The notes under the pieces are model-generated. The model did no database searches. It saw only the letters and a list, made by a program, of their open reading frames with translations, and was not told where the DNA came from. DNA of 38,816 nucleotides from Polymyxa betae A26-41 (lineage: Eukaryota > Protista > Endomyxa: Phytomyxea), in assembly GCA_003693705.1 (NCBI GenBank), contig RBZT01000318.1, forward strand, positions 1 through 38,816. The letters are read 5' to 3'. Made by a program: the position numbers and the translations under genes. Positions 11,588 through 23,694 of this stretch are shown piece after piece. Positions within the stretch are counted from its first letter, which is position 1, and each line of letters opens with the position of its first letter.

Positions 11588-12382
11588 ATGTCGTCACGGA
11601 GAAGTGGCAACAACAATGGAAGGCGACGATCGATCGACTTTTCGGAGCCAGTTATCACTGAGTTCGGTCCTCCGCCAGGCTACCTGTCTGCAAATATGGT
11701 GGCGTCGATGGTTTTTCCTGCTTGCTGGATTGAGAATCCCCGTGCTTATGTTGTCGTCTTTAGAATGCGGCACGAAGAAGGGAAATATCGTCTATGAACG
11801 AGGCGTCGTTGGTGATGCAGTCAGCAATGAACATTGCCCAGGCACCTTTTAAGAACATTCTAATGACAGGTAAGAGCTATTTCAACCCATGTTTCTATGT
11901 TTGTTTTGCCCAACACACCCTTACATTTCAGAAGTCGTTATTCTGTGTATTCCATATCAGCACTTCTGATATTTTATATCTTGAATCGTCTGCATTTTCC
12001 TAGTACGCTTATAACATTATCATAACGCTGTGGATATAGCTTTTATGCTCTATATGGTTGGGAGCAGCGTTCAGATATTCTCGGTTATCACGCTGGCCAT
12101 GTCGTTTTGGCAGCCTCTGAAGGCAATTCTAGACGTGAATAAGTAATGATAATTCAGTTTGTACAAGTCTCTTTTCAGATGTGTTTCAGGACATTTGCGA
12201 AGTTTGATGATTCGGAAGTTAATATTCTGCAAGCCAAGCTAATCTATGTGCTATTAAATATCGGTGGTCTTGGTATCGCTTTTTGGCAATGCAACCGTAT
12301 GGGCTTGCTTCCTCAGCCCTCGCCTTATTCAGCCTCTGATATACCGCCACCATCGCCATTCATGACCCGATGTGCTCAATAA
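11588..12382 (+). CDS. EMC4: ER membrane protein complex subunit 4, 4 exons (11588-11698, 11764-11869, 12040-12142, 12190-12382)
   Basis: Spliced product contains PPPGY, AMNIAQAPFKNILMTAFMLYMVGSSVQIFS, QPLKAI and KLIYVLLNIGGLGIAFWQCNRMGLLP, matching EMC4/TMEM85 motifs. Confidence 0.9.
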
Positions 12383-12561
12383 TACATTCTGTTCAGGTAC
12401 AGTACAACACATTTTCGCAATTCGTTCGATAATTTAAGCACATTCCTAAAAGAGCCCGATTCCTCAGTATTTCCATCATAGAAAGGAGATTTCGATCACA
12501 TGCGTTTGAATATTGAACGGAAATTGTACACATATAATGAATATAGTTAATTGCTGTAATC

Positions 12562-13248
12562 TCAGCCTTCGATAGAAAGCTTCTCCTTTTCGGGAAGGCT
12601 TGGCTCCGCTTTCGGCAATGCCATTTTTAGAATGCCTATCATTAGTATCATTATACGGTATCCAGAATTCATCACAGCGCAGATGCAAATTCTGAAGGCT
12701 AACCATTCAATCATGCCAAAACAATACTGTTAAAACCAGCGCCGAAATATGCCAACCGTACCGGATTCGAATTTAACGTTGATGTTGTCCATGTCGACGT
12801 TCTCAGGAATGTTGATGATTCGTTTCATGACACCCCAAGCACGCTCCTTAATGCAATAGTAATCATCCTTCGTGGTCTCTTCCTCAGAACGTTCACAGCT
12901 AACAGTTATCGTGTGATCGCGCTTCGATTTCTCTACGGTGACATCGTCCTTGCTAAGCCCTGCCGGCATGTCGATGCTGATTTGGTATTCTTTGTCTTTT
13001 TCGATAACATCCACTGGCATTACACGGCTCGGGGACGACCATTCGGGCAGCAAGCTCGATTCTAATTCTGGGAACGGAGTCCATAGATCGCGATCTGAGG
13101 TGGTTGCAGTCGTTGGCGACATCATTCGCGAAACGGGTGCCAGAGCCGATGGAAAACGCCCTCCTTCTCGCATCATCATATCACGCCCGACGCGATTGAG
13201 CGTGTTGTCGAACTGACGTAGAATCCGAGATAGCGATCGCAGCGACAT
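12562..13248 (-). CDS. Small heat-shock protein (HSP20/alpha-crystallin), 2 exons (13248-12762, 12635-12562)
   Basis: MPVDVIEKDKEYQISIDMPAGLSKDDVTV...ERAWGVMKRIINIPENVDMDNINVKFES spliced across intron 12761-12636 to GILKMALPK...KLSIEG*, which supplies the GxLxIxLPK strand and an IxI-like tail. Confidence 0.92.
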
Positions 13249-14899
13249 TTGATTCAATCTATGAGAGAATGTGGTCGAATGTAACTGTGCAAACCGAATG
13301 AATGTGTTATTCGGAGCCCTTCAAATGGTGTGATTAGAAATGCTCGGAGTGAACTGTTCATCAGTTATTGTCATACTACCATGCAGCAAGAACATTCATG
13401 CTTTCCATGTCCCATCGTCGGCTATCTCACCTTCCGGCACCTCTCTGTATCAGTAAAACCAGGTTCATTTAGTTAATCCAAAAACCAGAACCCTAGAAAC
13501 GCACGCGAACATATGATGGAGTTGAAATATATTGCAACAGAGGTAAAGGATTTCAAACTTGTGTATAATGGCAATGCAATGAGACGGTGCAGAAATCCAG
13601 ATATGGAGGCCCAATAATTTCTTGAAGTTTAGCTTGTTTGGCTTTTCCCCATTACTAAACGCAAACGGTGAAGGAACGCGTCCTTGTCAATGATACCCGT
13701 CTGGCATAAACCAGCGCTCGATTGAAATTCGCTTGCTGTCGATTGAAGCCAAATTCTTAGCGATCTTCTCATTCAGTGTGGTCTCAGCTCCCTCTCGAAC
13801 TCGTAAGGACCAGTTGGACATCGGGAGCTCAGAGACAGAGTCGATGAGGCGTCGGACCCGATATCAGTTATTAGCCGTCGCCCAGAATTGGAAAAATATC
13901 AAGACCACCAGCACCTTTACTTCGTCGAAATCAGTTTGAAGAAATCGTGAACAAAAATGCAAAAATGGCTCAATTGCAAGCCATCCGATTCCGTAAGTAA
14001 CCCGAGCACCCGTTCCGCCCTCGCGCGACATCGGCGCTTAAGTGCCTGAACGATTGCAAGCCCATCTGGAACATTTCTATTCTGATCGAGATTGAGCAGT
14101 GACAGAGATAAAGCGATTGAAATGACAAGAGTCAACACCCCATCGACCCCCAAAACCCCAGGACTTGCATGCGGATTCTAAAACCCTAATCTGTTATTCT
14201 CCACTTTGTACTTACTGGCGTTGAGATGCAAGGCCGGATGAGCATAATTACACGATGGTAGAAACGATATAATGTTCAATCTTCGACTTCTGAGCAACAG
14301 AAGCAATTCTTTGAAGTAAGCATCCCATTTCAATACAGAAAGGTCTGTGCGAGCAATGATTTGTGCTTTCGATTAACGTGGAGTGGCGAACTGGAGCAGC
14401 AAAGTCTTTCTGCGATCGCACATTTTCCTGTTATACTCTCTGGCTTTAAACGAAATCCATTTAGGTGATGCATGCTGAACTCATTCATTGCCAGGTGGTC
14501 TTGTCAAATGCAGTTGAGGTTTTTTTCGGATCATGACCTCTTGGCCACTGTTGCTTATGTGTCATTTCTTATAAGAAAGCGATATAGTTCTACATCGCTT
14601 TCCCGCTCGGTTGCGCGAATCGTGCAAGCAGATTTGGCATTGAGACCAGAATCCGCAAATCGAGGCAAAATAGCGACAGAAAGTTGTTCTTCAATGTGAC
14701 CATACCGGTAGACGGATGCTTGCTAAAAGAAGTTCCTATCCCATCGATTACCCAGAATTGATGCAATTATTCAACAGTTCCTATAAATGGAATGCGTTTT
14801 TGGCGCTATGGCAATTGATGTTCTGAAGGGAAGGGCCAGTACTTCTTCAAATTAGCCAATTTGGAGATATTAACCTGAACATCAAATCAGCTCTTGTTC

Positions 14900-17898
14900 A
14901 ACGACTCTTGCATGATCATATTGAAATTTCTTCTAATGTGCTATCCGTATTGGGATCAGGCGCTTTCCCGGCCAGGTTGTTATGATTGACGTATTTACAA
15001 AGAGCGTCGACTGAACAATTGGCCCTCCGGTTGCCCAAACACAGCGCAAACGTCAAAACAAGTCACAAAAAAGAGCTAACAACAATAATATTTTTATACA
15101 AGTTGCAAGCGTTGCAAAGATCCCGAAGCTGAAACAGCGACTAAAGTATGGTCATCAATGAATGTGACAGCATCAACTAGAGGTAAGGCTTTGGTTAGGG
15201 CTGGATTACGCTGGTGTGGCCGGAAAATAGACACAATCCCTTTAGATGATGACACTGCAGCAAGATCTTTTGAGCATGAAAGGGATACAATGCTCGAAAT
15301 TTCGTGCGACCAAATCAACTAAGAAAGCGAGATCAGAATACGAGAGGTCGAGGAGCAATAACAACGTTCTTTCCAATGAGAAAAGTGACACAAACAATAA
15401 GCGAAGCGATTGTGAAATTCAAGTCGAGATACGTACAAGAGCTTCAATACAATCCCAGGAGTAGACACAATCAGATGAGACGCAAATTAGATGTCGGTGG
15501 CAGAATGCCAGCAGCTTGACGTTAGGAAAGTCGAAGATTGTGTGGACCAGTTCCATGCGATTCATGTCCCATAATGTGACAGCCGATCCTAACAGCAATT
15601 GGTTACAAGAGTCCCATTTTATATCGAGCATAAAAACAGGAGGAGCAACAAAGAGATGTGCGAAATTGAACAGATAAGACCTTGGAAAGCAACAGCCATT
15701 AAGGTTCCATCGTGAGAGAAGGCAGCAGTAATGGGGCACAGATCCCGGAACCGACCAGAATGCTGGACCGACCACGATGTTCCCGCCTTCCTGACTTTCG
15801 AATCCATCTGACCCCATAGGCGGAACTCTGAAGGTCCCAATGACACGCACAGATTCCGATTGGGATGGAACACAACGCTCTGAGATGGCCGAACTCAGTA
15901 ACACAGATACAAAGTTACTTTAAACGAGAGAAAGTTATCATCAAACGGAATCCGGCCAAAACTTGATACGACTACAGAATAGGCTTACATGTGTACGATG
16001 ATGGTCTTCAACCCTAATACGAGGCATGTATGCATGCTTAAAGCTATCCCATTGGTAGAATGACAAAGCGTTGGCATGGAGCACTTTTTGGCTCCGTAAT
16101 GTCACGGCCAGCCAACTTCCATCGAACGATTGTGACCAGGATCCAATCTCAGATAGACACCCTCGATTCACAGACGACGGCTCCGTTTCTATCAAAATCA
16201 TTGGCATTGAAGCAGTGAAACCCAAAGAATGTAGATTGACAAAAAAACCCAAATTGCATATTGGAAGTCAATATTGAAACGTCTGAACATAGCGAATGCA
16301 AACAAAGTTACCCAAGATTGCGACACTTCTCTCATGAGAGGAATCGAAAAACTGTATCCGAGTTGATTGGCTCACAGACAGAGCAACATGACCTCGGCCA
16401 GAATTCAAACGATCAGCAGCAATACAGTAAGAGGTTCCAGAATTCAACTGCGCAACAGATTGGTGTTGGCAAAGCGTCCGACAAATGGCTCTTACCAGCG
16501 GCTTCTTTCCAGATTTAGTTCGTTCTGGCAGGGATGGTACTATGACGCCATGGATGACAGTGATAATGCGAGAGGAGATGGCGGAAACGATTCGGATGGT
16601 GTTATCATCGCACACCACAGCAAACATATCGCCATGAGGAGAGACGCTAATAGCTGCAAGGAAATTAATCTCCTTGGAATGGGACGAAGAGACGATCTTA
16701 CATGCAATACGCCCACCGAGACGAGGAAGGAATTGCTTATGGCCATCGTGCATCTGCCATTGGACAAGCACTTGCTCCTACGAAACAGGTAAGAGAAAAG
16801 GCCGCTTTCAGATTGTGCAGCATGAAAGTTTCAAATGACACCTAAAAAAAACGAAGAAAATATAATAAGATACCTGGCCTCCAGACAGCAAATATGTGCC
16901 ATCATCTGTAAACTGCAGAGCCTGGAAAGCATGTGCATGCCAATGCAGCACCGATTTGACACATTTCTTGGGTTCGCCGCCCTCCTGAAGGCCATGGTCG
17001 TGAGCGTTGCTGACAACAAGTGACGCTCTACGACACCAACCTGAAGCTGGTATCCATACCAGAGCACTATGCGCCCAGTGATATCACCCGTACAGACATA
17101 ACCCTCAAAGGGATGGAATGTGACAGCCATCATAGCGTGCGTATGCTTCCGCTTCAGAAGCATTCCGTTATCCAGCCAAATCAGCAAACTACGTCCGCTG
17201 GTAGCTGCCAGAGTCTCGCTATCGCTTTTCAGAGCGAATCCTTTGACCGGTTTCTCCAGTTTCGCTAACGATTTCAGATCCTGGATGGGGAAGTGAGCCA
17301 GACTACAAGCACAAGACAGAATAGTACCTTGTTCTTGCGGTCGTATCTGAACACGTTATTGATGTCTTCTTTGGCTTTGGTGACGCCGTAAAAATAACCA
17401 TTGCTGACTTGCAAGCGCAGAACTGGCGGGCCGATATGGACAATATCTAGCCTGGTACGAGATTTCAAATCCCATTGGCGAATGGAACCGTCTTTCGATG
17501 CAGTGAAGCAACCGCCACCATGCATGGTTATCGAGGTGATCTAGCTAGAGATCAGTATAGAGTTTATGGGTTCTTGATGATCAAGTACAGCAAAGACATA
17601 TTGCCATCGATGAGCAAACAATCCGACAATAAAAAAGGCAAAAGATCGCTCGAAAAATAGCTTCAATCGAGAAGTATCAAGTTGATGGTTAAAACAACGC
17701 AAAGGTTAAGAACTGTCAGAATCGACTACATACAGCTCGATCATGAGCGGGAATCTGAGCAGTCAAATCGCCGGTCTTAATATTATAAAAACGAAGAGAA
17801 GACCCGGAAGCGGCCACGATTTCATCGCCAAAAAACTGCACCGAACTTGTCATGGAAAACTGACCACCGCATGCCTTCCATTGGCACGTCATGTCCAT
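14900..17898 (-). CDS. WDR75: WD repeat protein 75 (UTP17/NAN1, SSU processome t-UTP), multi-exon; 3' end approximate
   Basis: WD exons (FTASKDGSIRQWD, FHPFEGYVCTGDITGRIVLWY) and the diagnostic LHWHAH...FTDDGTYLLSGG...VLVQWQM...FLPRLGG...ISVSPHGDMFAVVCDDNTIRIVS block. Confidence 0.85.
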
Positions 17899-18335
17899 CG
17901 CGAAGACGACGTTTCCAGAAAGATCAAGCAGATTGAGGGAACGCCAAGATTGATCCAGCCTTACGGACTCCGCAACGCAAAAATGACTTTTTCAGACGAA
18001 ATTCTATCGGAAATAATTGAGATTTTTCACTTTGACGAAGTGGATATCCAAATCGCAAACTTATATTCACTTCAAGAGCAATCCATCCAGAGCAAGACGC
18101 TACTGTTAATGGAATGCCTTTTAATCATGATGCAGTTCGAATACATATCAGCAAACAGCAATACTAGAACTACATTGATTGATGTCGAAAAGAAGCATAG
18201 TTTTAGTTAATCTGACATTGGCTTCTGTAGAATTGCTTTGATCATAACCATTTCAAGAAAATATTCCATGCAGTCTCAATTCATAAATGGTCGATTTGTT
18301 GACTAAGTTTTGTTACTTGCTGTCGATAACAGCAA

Positions 18336-19263
18336 TCACGTGTCTCCTTGCGAAAACCCTTTCAAGATAAGATCGAAATTCAAATATCGCTCCTGTCCCT
18401 GAATTCCGTCATCCCAGAAATCGTACTCGGAGTCTGTAAACCAGGTTAATAATCAAAAACGAAAGGTCTCAAACAAAAACTGAAGTTCTATTTGGCTGAA
18501 GGCCTATTCACACACAACGGCGTAAAACAACAAGAGGCTTACTTGGAGAAGATGGCAATGAAGAATTGCTGGTGGTACTTGAGTCCCCATCATCCCATTC
18601 ATCTTTCAGCCCTAACCGCGCAGCCATATGCTGAACGTATAGATTGCTCCATCCTGTGTACACCGGTGGAGCATGCTTGTTCTCCACTGTATAGGTTGTT
18701 CCTGTTGGCAATATACATTCTGAGATATTCAGCCTATTGTTATGAGTAATCCCTGCAAAGTATAGCAATAAGCAAATTCATTCTCCATAAACAATCGGCA
18801 AAAGGTTTGTGACAGCAAGCCAAGTAACTCTGCATTACCATACAATATAAAACAAGCAGAGGAAACGTTGAAGCCACAAGCTTACAATCCTCATGCGAGG
18901 GCGCATGGAAAAAGATTTTTGACTGTAAAGCCGGATGAGTTTGCAATCTGATAAAATGCTTCGCAGAGGTTGTGGTTTTCAGATAGCATCGTATGAAGGT
19001 TGCAACTAGAGATTGGCCCGAGCAGAAATCGTCTTCACATTCCTCCCACCTAAAACTTGGATCAGCAAACTGGAGACTTGCGAGCTGTGCAAATGGCAAT
19101 ACGTCGTATTCGATCGCGGAGCAGGGTCGACTTCACAAAAACAAGCTGGTGGAGGTTTAACAAAGAAATCGGCTATCGAAACCCGGGATGTATGATGATA
19201 CAAATAGATCTTATCGACACTTTCCATGGAGTATTGAATCTTTCGCTTGCGACCACGACTCAT
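18336..19263 (-). CDS. Hypothetical multi-exon protein with N-terminal basic NLS-like motif
   Basis: MSRGRKRK... exon splices through a 53-nt GT-AG intron into WEECEDDF...HAPSHED. Later exons include ITHNNRLNISEC... and DSEYDFWDDG...DT*. No family recognised and the middle junctions are unresolved. Confidence 0.5.
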
Positions 19264-20604
19264 CTGCCAATAGATTTAGACAACGAAATTCATGACTTAG
19301 ACAACAAAATGCAACGTCAAAATCAGATCATGTAAAGGACAGGCAGTAGTCACTGTAAAAATGATGGCAAACAGCAGAAAAGAGAGCCCATTCAAATTAC
19401 GCGTTCGAATATGATTTGTCCTCGAGAATGGTAGATCTTGAGAGTTAAAACACCATTGAATTCTGCTATTTCGTTCCATTGGCCAATCTCCATGCGATAT
19501 GCTGATAAGTGTGATGGCTTTAAGTGGGTAGCAATACTGTTGCTGCGGTTGCGGGCGCCAGCCGAGGTTCGCTTGGCGATGGCGCGTTTCGGAGAGCTAA
19601 ACGCCTGAGGAACAGGACTACACGGTCTCAGCATGAGGACAGAGATTGTAAGTAGACAGACAGAACACCACAAGAATGTAGGTGATACGAATAACAGCGA
19701 AAACACAGCGCTGGTTGGTGCGGTTTAGGCGGTTTGACGCAAACTGAGAAACGTCACGATGCAACGTCGACGTCACTTTTGCCGTTCCGGCGTATCTACC
19801 GGTAGATCCAGACCGATCCGAAGGCCCAAATTGCCAAATAACCAGTAGTGAATGATGAAGGTTTTGGGCTCGACACTGGATCTAACTGGAACGAAGAGAT
19901 TTTGAGTTCGCCAGTTGCAATGCTTAGGCAGGCAGCGATTCGGCGACCATCTAAGTCCCGGCTTTCAGGCTGTCAATCCGTGATTCCCTCGCGCCATGTT
20001 TGCAATTAGGGCATTCCTCGTCTGCTTCTTTACGTCCCTTGTCGTCAGGCGTCTACGACAGAGTGCATTTCGCACATTTATTATAATTAACAGTCAGTCG
20101 AATAAGCAAAACCCTGGAGCGTACTGTAAGCGAGAGGAGAATGGTCATTCATTTAACAGGAATGCATTGCAGCAAGCCAGTTGGAGATGCGATAAGTGAA
20201 ACATTTAGAGAATTTGCTCCATAAAAAGATAATATGTCAAACTCCGGCCCCATTTATACCAGTGGTCTTGTCTTAAGTTATGACTGAATCTAAATGAAAA
20301 TACCGGTCCCTGCTCCATCCAGCTGACCAATGAGCGACAATAAAACCTTTCCGAACCTGTCCAATCCTTTTATAAATTCTTAAGCAAGACAAGTGCGAAG
20401 TTAGTCCAAAAGTTCGGTCCTAAAACTCGGTCCTAAAATGACAGGAGACAATTGGACTAAAGTTTGGCACAAGTTAGGCCAAAACTAAAATCAGCGATTT
20501 GTGCTTTGTGATCTCTTTAAATGAACCATAGACTTTTCAAGAGAATCGACAGAACAGATGATCAGGAAACAGGAACGTTATTTGCTCAAACAGGATGAAA
20601 AGAG

Positions 20605-21838
20605 CTATATATTAAATACCGATTCAATGCCAGACAGGCGCATCTGCCATTCAATCTGAAGCTCTTGCAGTTCCCGTTTGGCTCGTTCAACTGCCATTTC
20701 AGCCAGAGTAAGATCCTAAACGACAATGAGAATGCCGATTTGAAATTACTGCAAAGCAATTACTGGAGGAAGCTCTTGGTAGCTCTTGAGGCGATCCATA
20801 TAGGGCTCGATTTGCTGTTTCAGCTCGTCTAGCGTAGTCCTTAGCTCACAAAGAATTTCATGACTTAGCCGGGGATTGTACCCGTTCTGTTCCAATCCCA
20901 TCTAAAAAGCGACGTCAAAGAAAGCTCCTATTAAAGGAAATAATACCTCAGCTTGTTGAACAATTTGACGATACTCTTCCTGTTTCGCTATGATGTAGAA
21001 ATCTTTCTCAGCATTCAATGCTCTTAAGACTTCTGTGTTATCTCGATCAGTTCTCTCGACTTCTGCTGAGAACCTGCCATAACACATCAGATGCGGTCAA
21101 ATGGAGGTTGCAGGATAAAACAGTTTAACGGATACTCATGAAAAAGATTTGTTTTTTAGAGATCCAATGCCGGAAAACCCCAACAAAAAAATTATAGCAG
21201 AGCTGGAAGTATGTAATTCACCTTTCAAGAACAGATAAAATTGGAGCAATTTCATCCGAAAATTGTTTGATGACATTAGCCTCAAAAGCTTTGTCGCATT
21301 CAATCAGTTCATCAGTATCTATTAATTTCGACTGCAGATCAGATAATGCAGAGATATACCTGAACAAATAATGAATGTTGGAACAGCTCCGGAAGAGCAT
21401 TTGAAAACCAAACCGACTTACGAATATATTTTGCAGTCCTTCAAAGAAAGAAGCTGAGCAGTCGATGACAACTGTGATAAAAGTTCTTCCTTGTCATGAA
21501 GGTTGACGTCGGCATGAGAAAGACCTAACCTCTCCAGGCATTCATCGAGCTTAGCGGCTATAAAAGCAAATTTTAATAATGATCACCATCAATACATCCA
21601 AGTTGATTTCTGCAATCAAACCTTTACTATTGACATCATTGACACAAGGATTGATATTGTCAATTATTAGTCGATTCAGCTGCAAGCGTCCCTTAGCCCA
21701 CCTCAGAACACCACTAAGGATATCTATTGACGATTGGCTGCTGTCAAACTGGATCTGTGAATTAGCAGCATCGTCACCAAGCACGATGCTGAGATCGGCT
21801 TCTATCTGCCGTATTGCCAACGCAGTATCTTCACCCAT
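20605..21838 (-). CDS. HAUS1: HAUS augmin-like complex subunit 1, multi-exon
   Basis: Exons give LSQLSSTAQLLSLKD..YISALSDL and the C-terminal LDELKQQIEPYMDRLKSYQELPPDLTLAEMAVERAKRELQEL, matching the HAUS1/AUG1 Y-x-DL-PP-x-x-x-LA...EEAKREL motif. Confidence 0.78.
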
Positions 21839-21989
21839 CACAATGATCAAGACTTGGCCACTCCCGGTTCACAAACAGCAAGATCAGGTTTACACGTTAT
21901 CCCAGGATATTCACTGAAAGCATTTTCAAATCGACATTATAAGAAAGTAATAATGTGTTTAAGAGACATAGGTTGGATTTGAAATTAGT

Positions 21990-23694
21990 TTAGCTTATTA
22001 CATAGACGAAGTTCCGAGCGAGATCACCAGCATAAACCGAAAACAGAAATAATTCCTTCAGATGCTCAAAAGTAAAGCGAAAATGCTTATAAAACTGCTG
22101 GAATGTCAAGACTCTTGAATCGACTCTAACTAGTAAATCGTCGCAGATATCTCCAATTTGTATCCATTCACGTTCCTCAACACTTTGAAGTAAAGGAGTA
22201 CAAGCATCAAAATCTTGAACCATATCTATCGCTTGTTGAGTCGGAATCCATCGAGTGCCCATTCTCAATTCGGAAGGCCTGAACTGCCTTTTGTAGGACA
22301 TTTTGGAGCAAGTTTCCACATAAATTCCTGCGACACTGTTATTGGGGAAACCGGCGAGGGAAAGGCGGATACCAATATAGTGATACGGTTCAATCTTTTG
22401 AATCTCTCTTGTCGTTTCCACCATTTGAATCTCATCCAAAATTGAGAATATACCCAAACTGAACTGTTTCCATTGCTGACTCCAAATAAAGTACTGCGAG
22501 TTTAACCCATTCGGTACCATATCAACCAGGGTAAAAGCAATCAGCTCTTCTGTATCTTTCCTTCGATAACATCGATGGAACGAACCAAAGCCATCCTCTG
22601 TTGCCTATGACGCATGAGAAGCGGTTTCGATTTCAGGGCTCATCTTACAATGATGGGTGACCTGACCATACATTCCTGGAACTTTTCTCGTGTCGGGAAA
22701 TCATAAGAGTCGTTGTGAACCAGGATCTGATACTGCAGATACAAATTGAACTTCTCCTCGGAGTATGAGCACGGTTCCATTGCAATCACAAGGTTATTGT
22801 CGATAACGTCATCAAACAGCTTGTAAGAACCACGTGTTTTTTGTTGAAATTCCTCAAAGGAGTTATGACGATCGTGAAGCCTGCACTTGCTAGACTGGAT
22901 TGTTCGAAGTTTTGGGCGCCTCATGGAGGTCAGTTCCCATTTATCCAATACATCCGTATCAAGATAAATATTCTCCCAATGAGGAATTAGATCATCATCA
23001 GATCTGATCACCCAAGTAAGGCTCTCAGAAAAGCAAGGAAGACATTCGGCTCCGCAATCACAGAACGAGCAGCAATCGTATTGAGAAATCCGCAGAAAGA
23101 TTGATCCAGACCCGTCAAATTTCAGAGAGGACAAGACGACGCTGGGAATCTCTTGCAAGCGGTGAACAATAAAATGCATCAGTTGATTCCGAACTCTGTG
23201 TTCAGATCCTTTTACAGAGATCGCAGCACAAAGCGCTGGGACGATATCGGATTGTATGAAACCATTCTGGCTTCGAATAAACCAGCTTGGATAGGGATAT
23301 TCGAAGCTTTTCCTTATCAACCGGAGCTCTTTGAGCACCTTTTCTAAACTTTGTCCTAAATGCCGAACATACGGCTGGATAGCGAGATTTCTTATAATTC
23401 TTTTATGCTTCCGAGTAGGAGTGAAATCGCTTGTTTTAATTCGCATCTGCAACATTCGTGTTGGAAAGATAAGAACATGATTAGCTGCAGATTTACCGAA
23501 AACTGTGGACAGCATCTCACGTTAGGATCCGGCCTGTAAATTAGGGAGCCACATCGGCACCATCCCATTTGCAGCAGAGCCCCGAAATCTTCAGCCGTCA
23601 GAGTTATCGCCTGGAAGCTGTACAGAATCGAAGAACTGGCATGGCAATAGGGGCACTCGAAGCTCTGGATGGCGGCTGCCCTGACAACAGACAT
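21990..23694 (-). CDS. ATE1: Arginyl-tRNA--protein transferase, multi-exon
   Basis: ATE_N: CPYC, GWCRCGSLIYRP, CCPQ. ATE_C: EEKFNLYLQYQILVHND, GFGSFHRCY, LIAFTLVDMVPNGLNSQYFIW, FSLGIFSILDEI, CSKMSYKRQFRPSEL. Confidence 0.92.

Noticed and set aside
13300-13410. Heat-shock elements upstream of HSP20
   Set aside because: Only a two-unit GAAnnTTC (13390-13397) is present, with no correctly spaced third unit.
13630-14100. Exon-like stretches on both strands, including a + frame ending at GTAAGT near 13993 and an RST-like - fragment
   Set aside because: Could not be assembled into a consistent gene model.
14178-14190. Telomere-like AAACCCTAA motif (related copies near 24750 and 36978)
   Set aside because: Isolated single units rather than an array; compatible with chance or telo-boxes and not testable here.
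19000-19263. Faint VEFS-box (SUZ12)-like residues in the hypothetical gene
   Set aside because: Only scattered matches (YHHT, EVD, DDF) and no LWN motif.
19794-19807. 14-bp perfect palindrome atctaccggtagat near ACGTCA motifs
   Set aside because: About one or two such palindromes are expected by chance in a window this size, and no associated gene was established.
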